From positions 32,550,001 through 32,614,000 of the forward strand of contig NC_088795.1 in assembly GCF_011386835.1 (NCBI RefSeq): DNA of 64,000 bases, read 5' to 3'. Shown in pieces: positions 63,503 to 64,000 of this stretch. Numbering within the stretch: the first letter of the stretch is position 1; each line of letters opens with the position of its first letter. Both the position numbers and the translations under genes were made by a program. Below the pieces are notes generated by a model that saw nothing but the letters and a program-made list of their open reading frames with translations, had not been told where the DNA came from and made no database searches. The stretch is from Chrysemys picta bellii. Taxonomy: Eukaryota.

Positions 63503-64000
63503 ACTACATCTCTCCAGTGTAGTAAACCAGCCGTGTGATATATAGTCACATCTGATTTTATTCATAAAAGGAAAGAAACATTTGTGGGGGATTTTTTGGT
63601 CATTGACATCTCCATAACCACACACATTTGCCCATGTATTGCTGTGGATGAATGGTAGTAACCATTATGTTACTGAGCAATTCAAGAAAAAGTGGTGTTA
63701 AAAATATTAGAATTTTTAAGGAATGGTACAATACAGCCGATTATTATCAATAAATCATGGTCTCCTATTACACTGTGAAAAATATTAGAGAAACATATTC
63801 ACAGACTCAGGGAGAACTAGCAGATTGTGCAGTCAGCAACCCCAGGTATGCTAACAGTTTAGAATGACATGCAGCATGCCTAAAGGTCAGAGACGCCATA
63901 CTCATAGTGATGCACGTAAAGTCCCATATTTGTTCTACTCTGTTTCTAAATTTTCCAGACGATATACTTTAAGTTGGGTCTGGGAAAGATTCAGAAGTTT

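Noticed and set aside
62837-63625. 262-aa ORF, the longest in the window, as a host gene
   Set aside because: It is CR1 ORF2 reverse transcriptase; the N-terminal ~40 aa are fortuitous read-in from flanking DNA beyond the 5' truncation at ~63502.

Overview
A 64-kb window of AT-rich vertebrate genomic DNA, almost certainly from a turtle. The basis is the repeat content: tRNA-head/CR1-tail 'tortoise Pol III' SINEs, many CR1 LINE fragments, GTCTACAC/GTGTAGAC Harbinger MITEs and hAT MITEs with 8-bp TSDs. It reads as intronic or intergenic. No protein-coding host gene could be named, and every long ORF in the track is either transposon-derived or a chance ORF. Recognisable elements: an internally deleted two-gene Harbinger transposon (transposase C-terminus plus a spliced Myb/SANT gene, 2697-5106); a Vingi LINE 3' end; a Dong/R4-type LINE relic with CCHC and restriction-like endonuclease motifs (49735-50842); a near full-length 5S-derived AmnSINE1; Penelope-derived fragments, including a 110-bp mini-copy with a perfect 12-bp TSD; several CR1 copies, solo-LTR-like segments and MIRs. 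I also found unusual repair or rearrangement scars inside repeats, a pair of diverged ~150-bp direct repeats, and several phase-compatible candidate exon chains on both strands that I could not assign to any known gene. Family names come from my recall of consensus sequences, not from database searches. I did not find a demonstrably new biological system; the candidate exons, the Dong/R4 relic and the mini-Penelope are the best leads.
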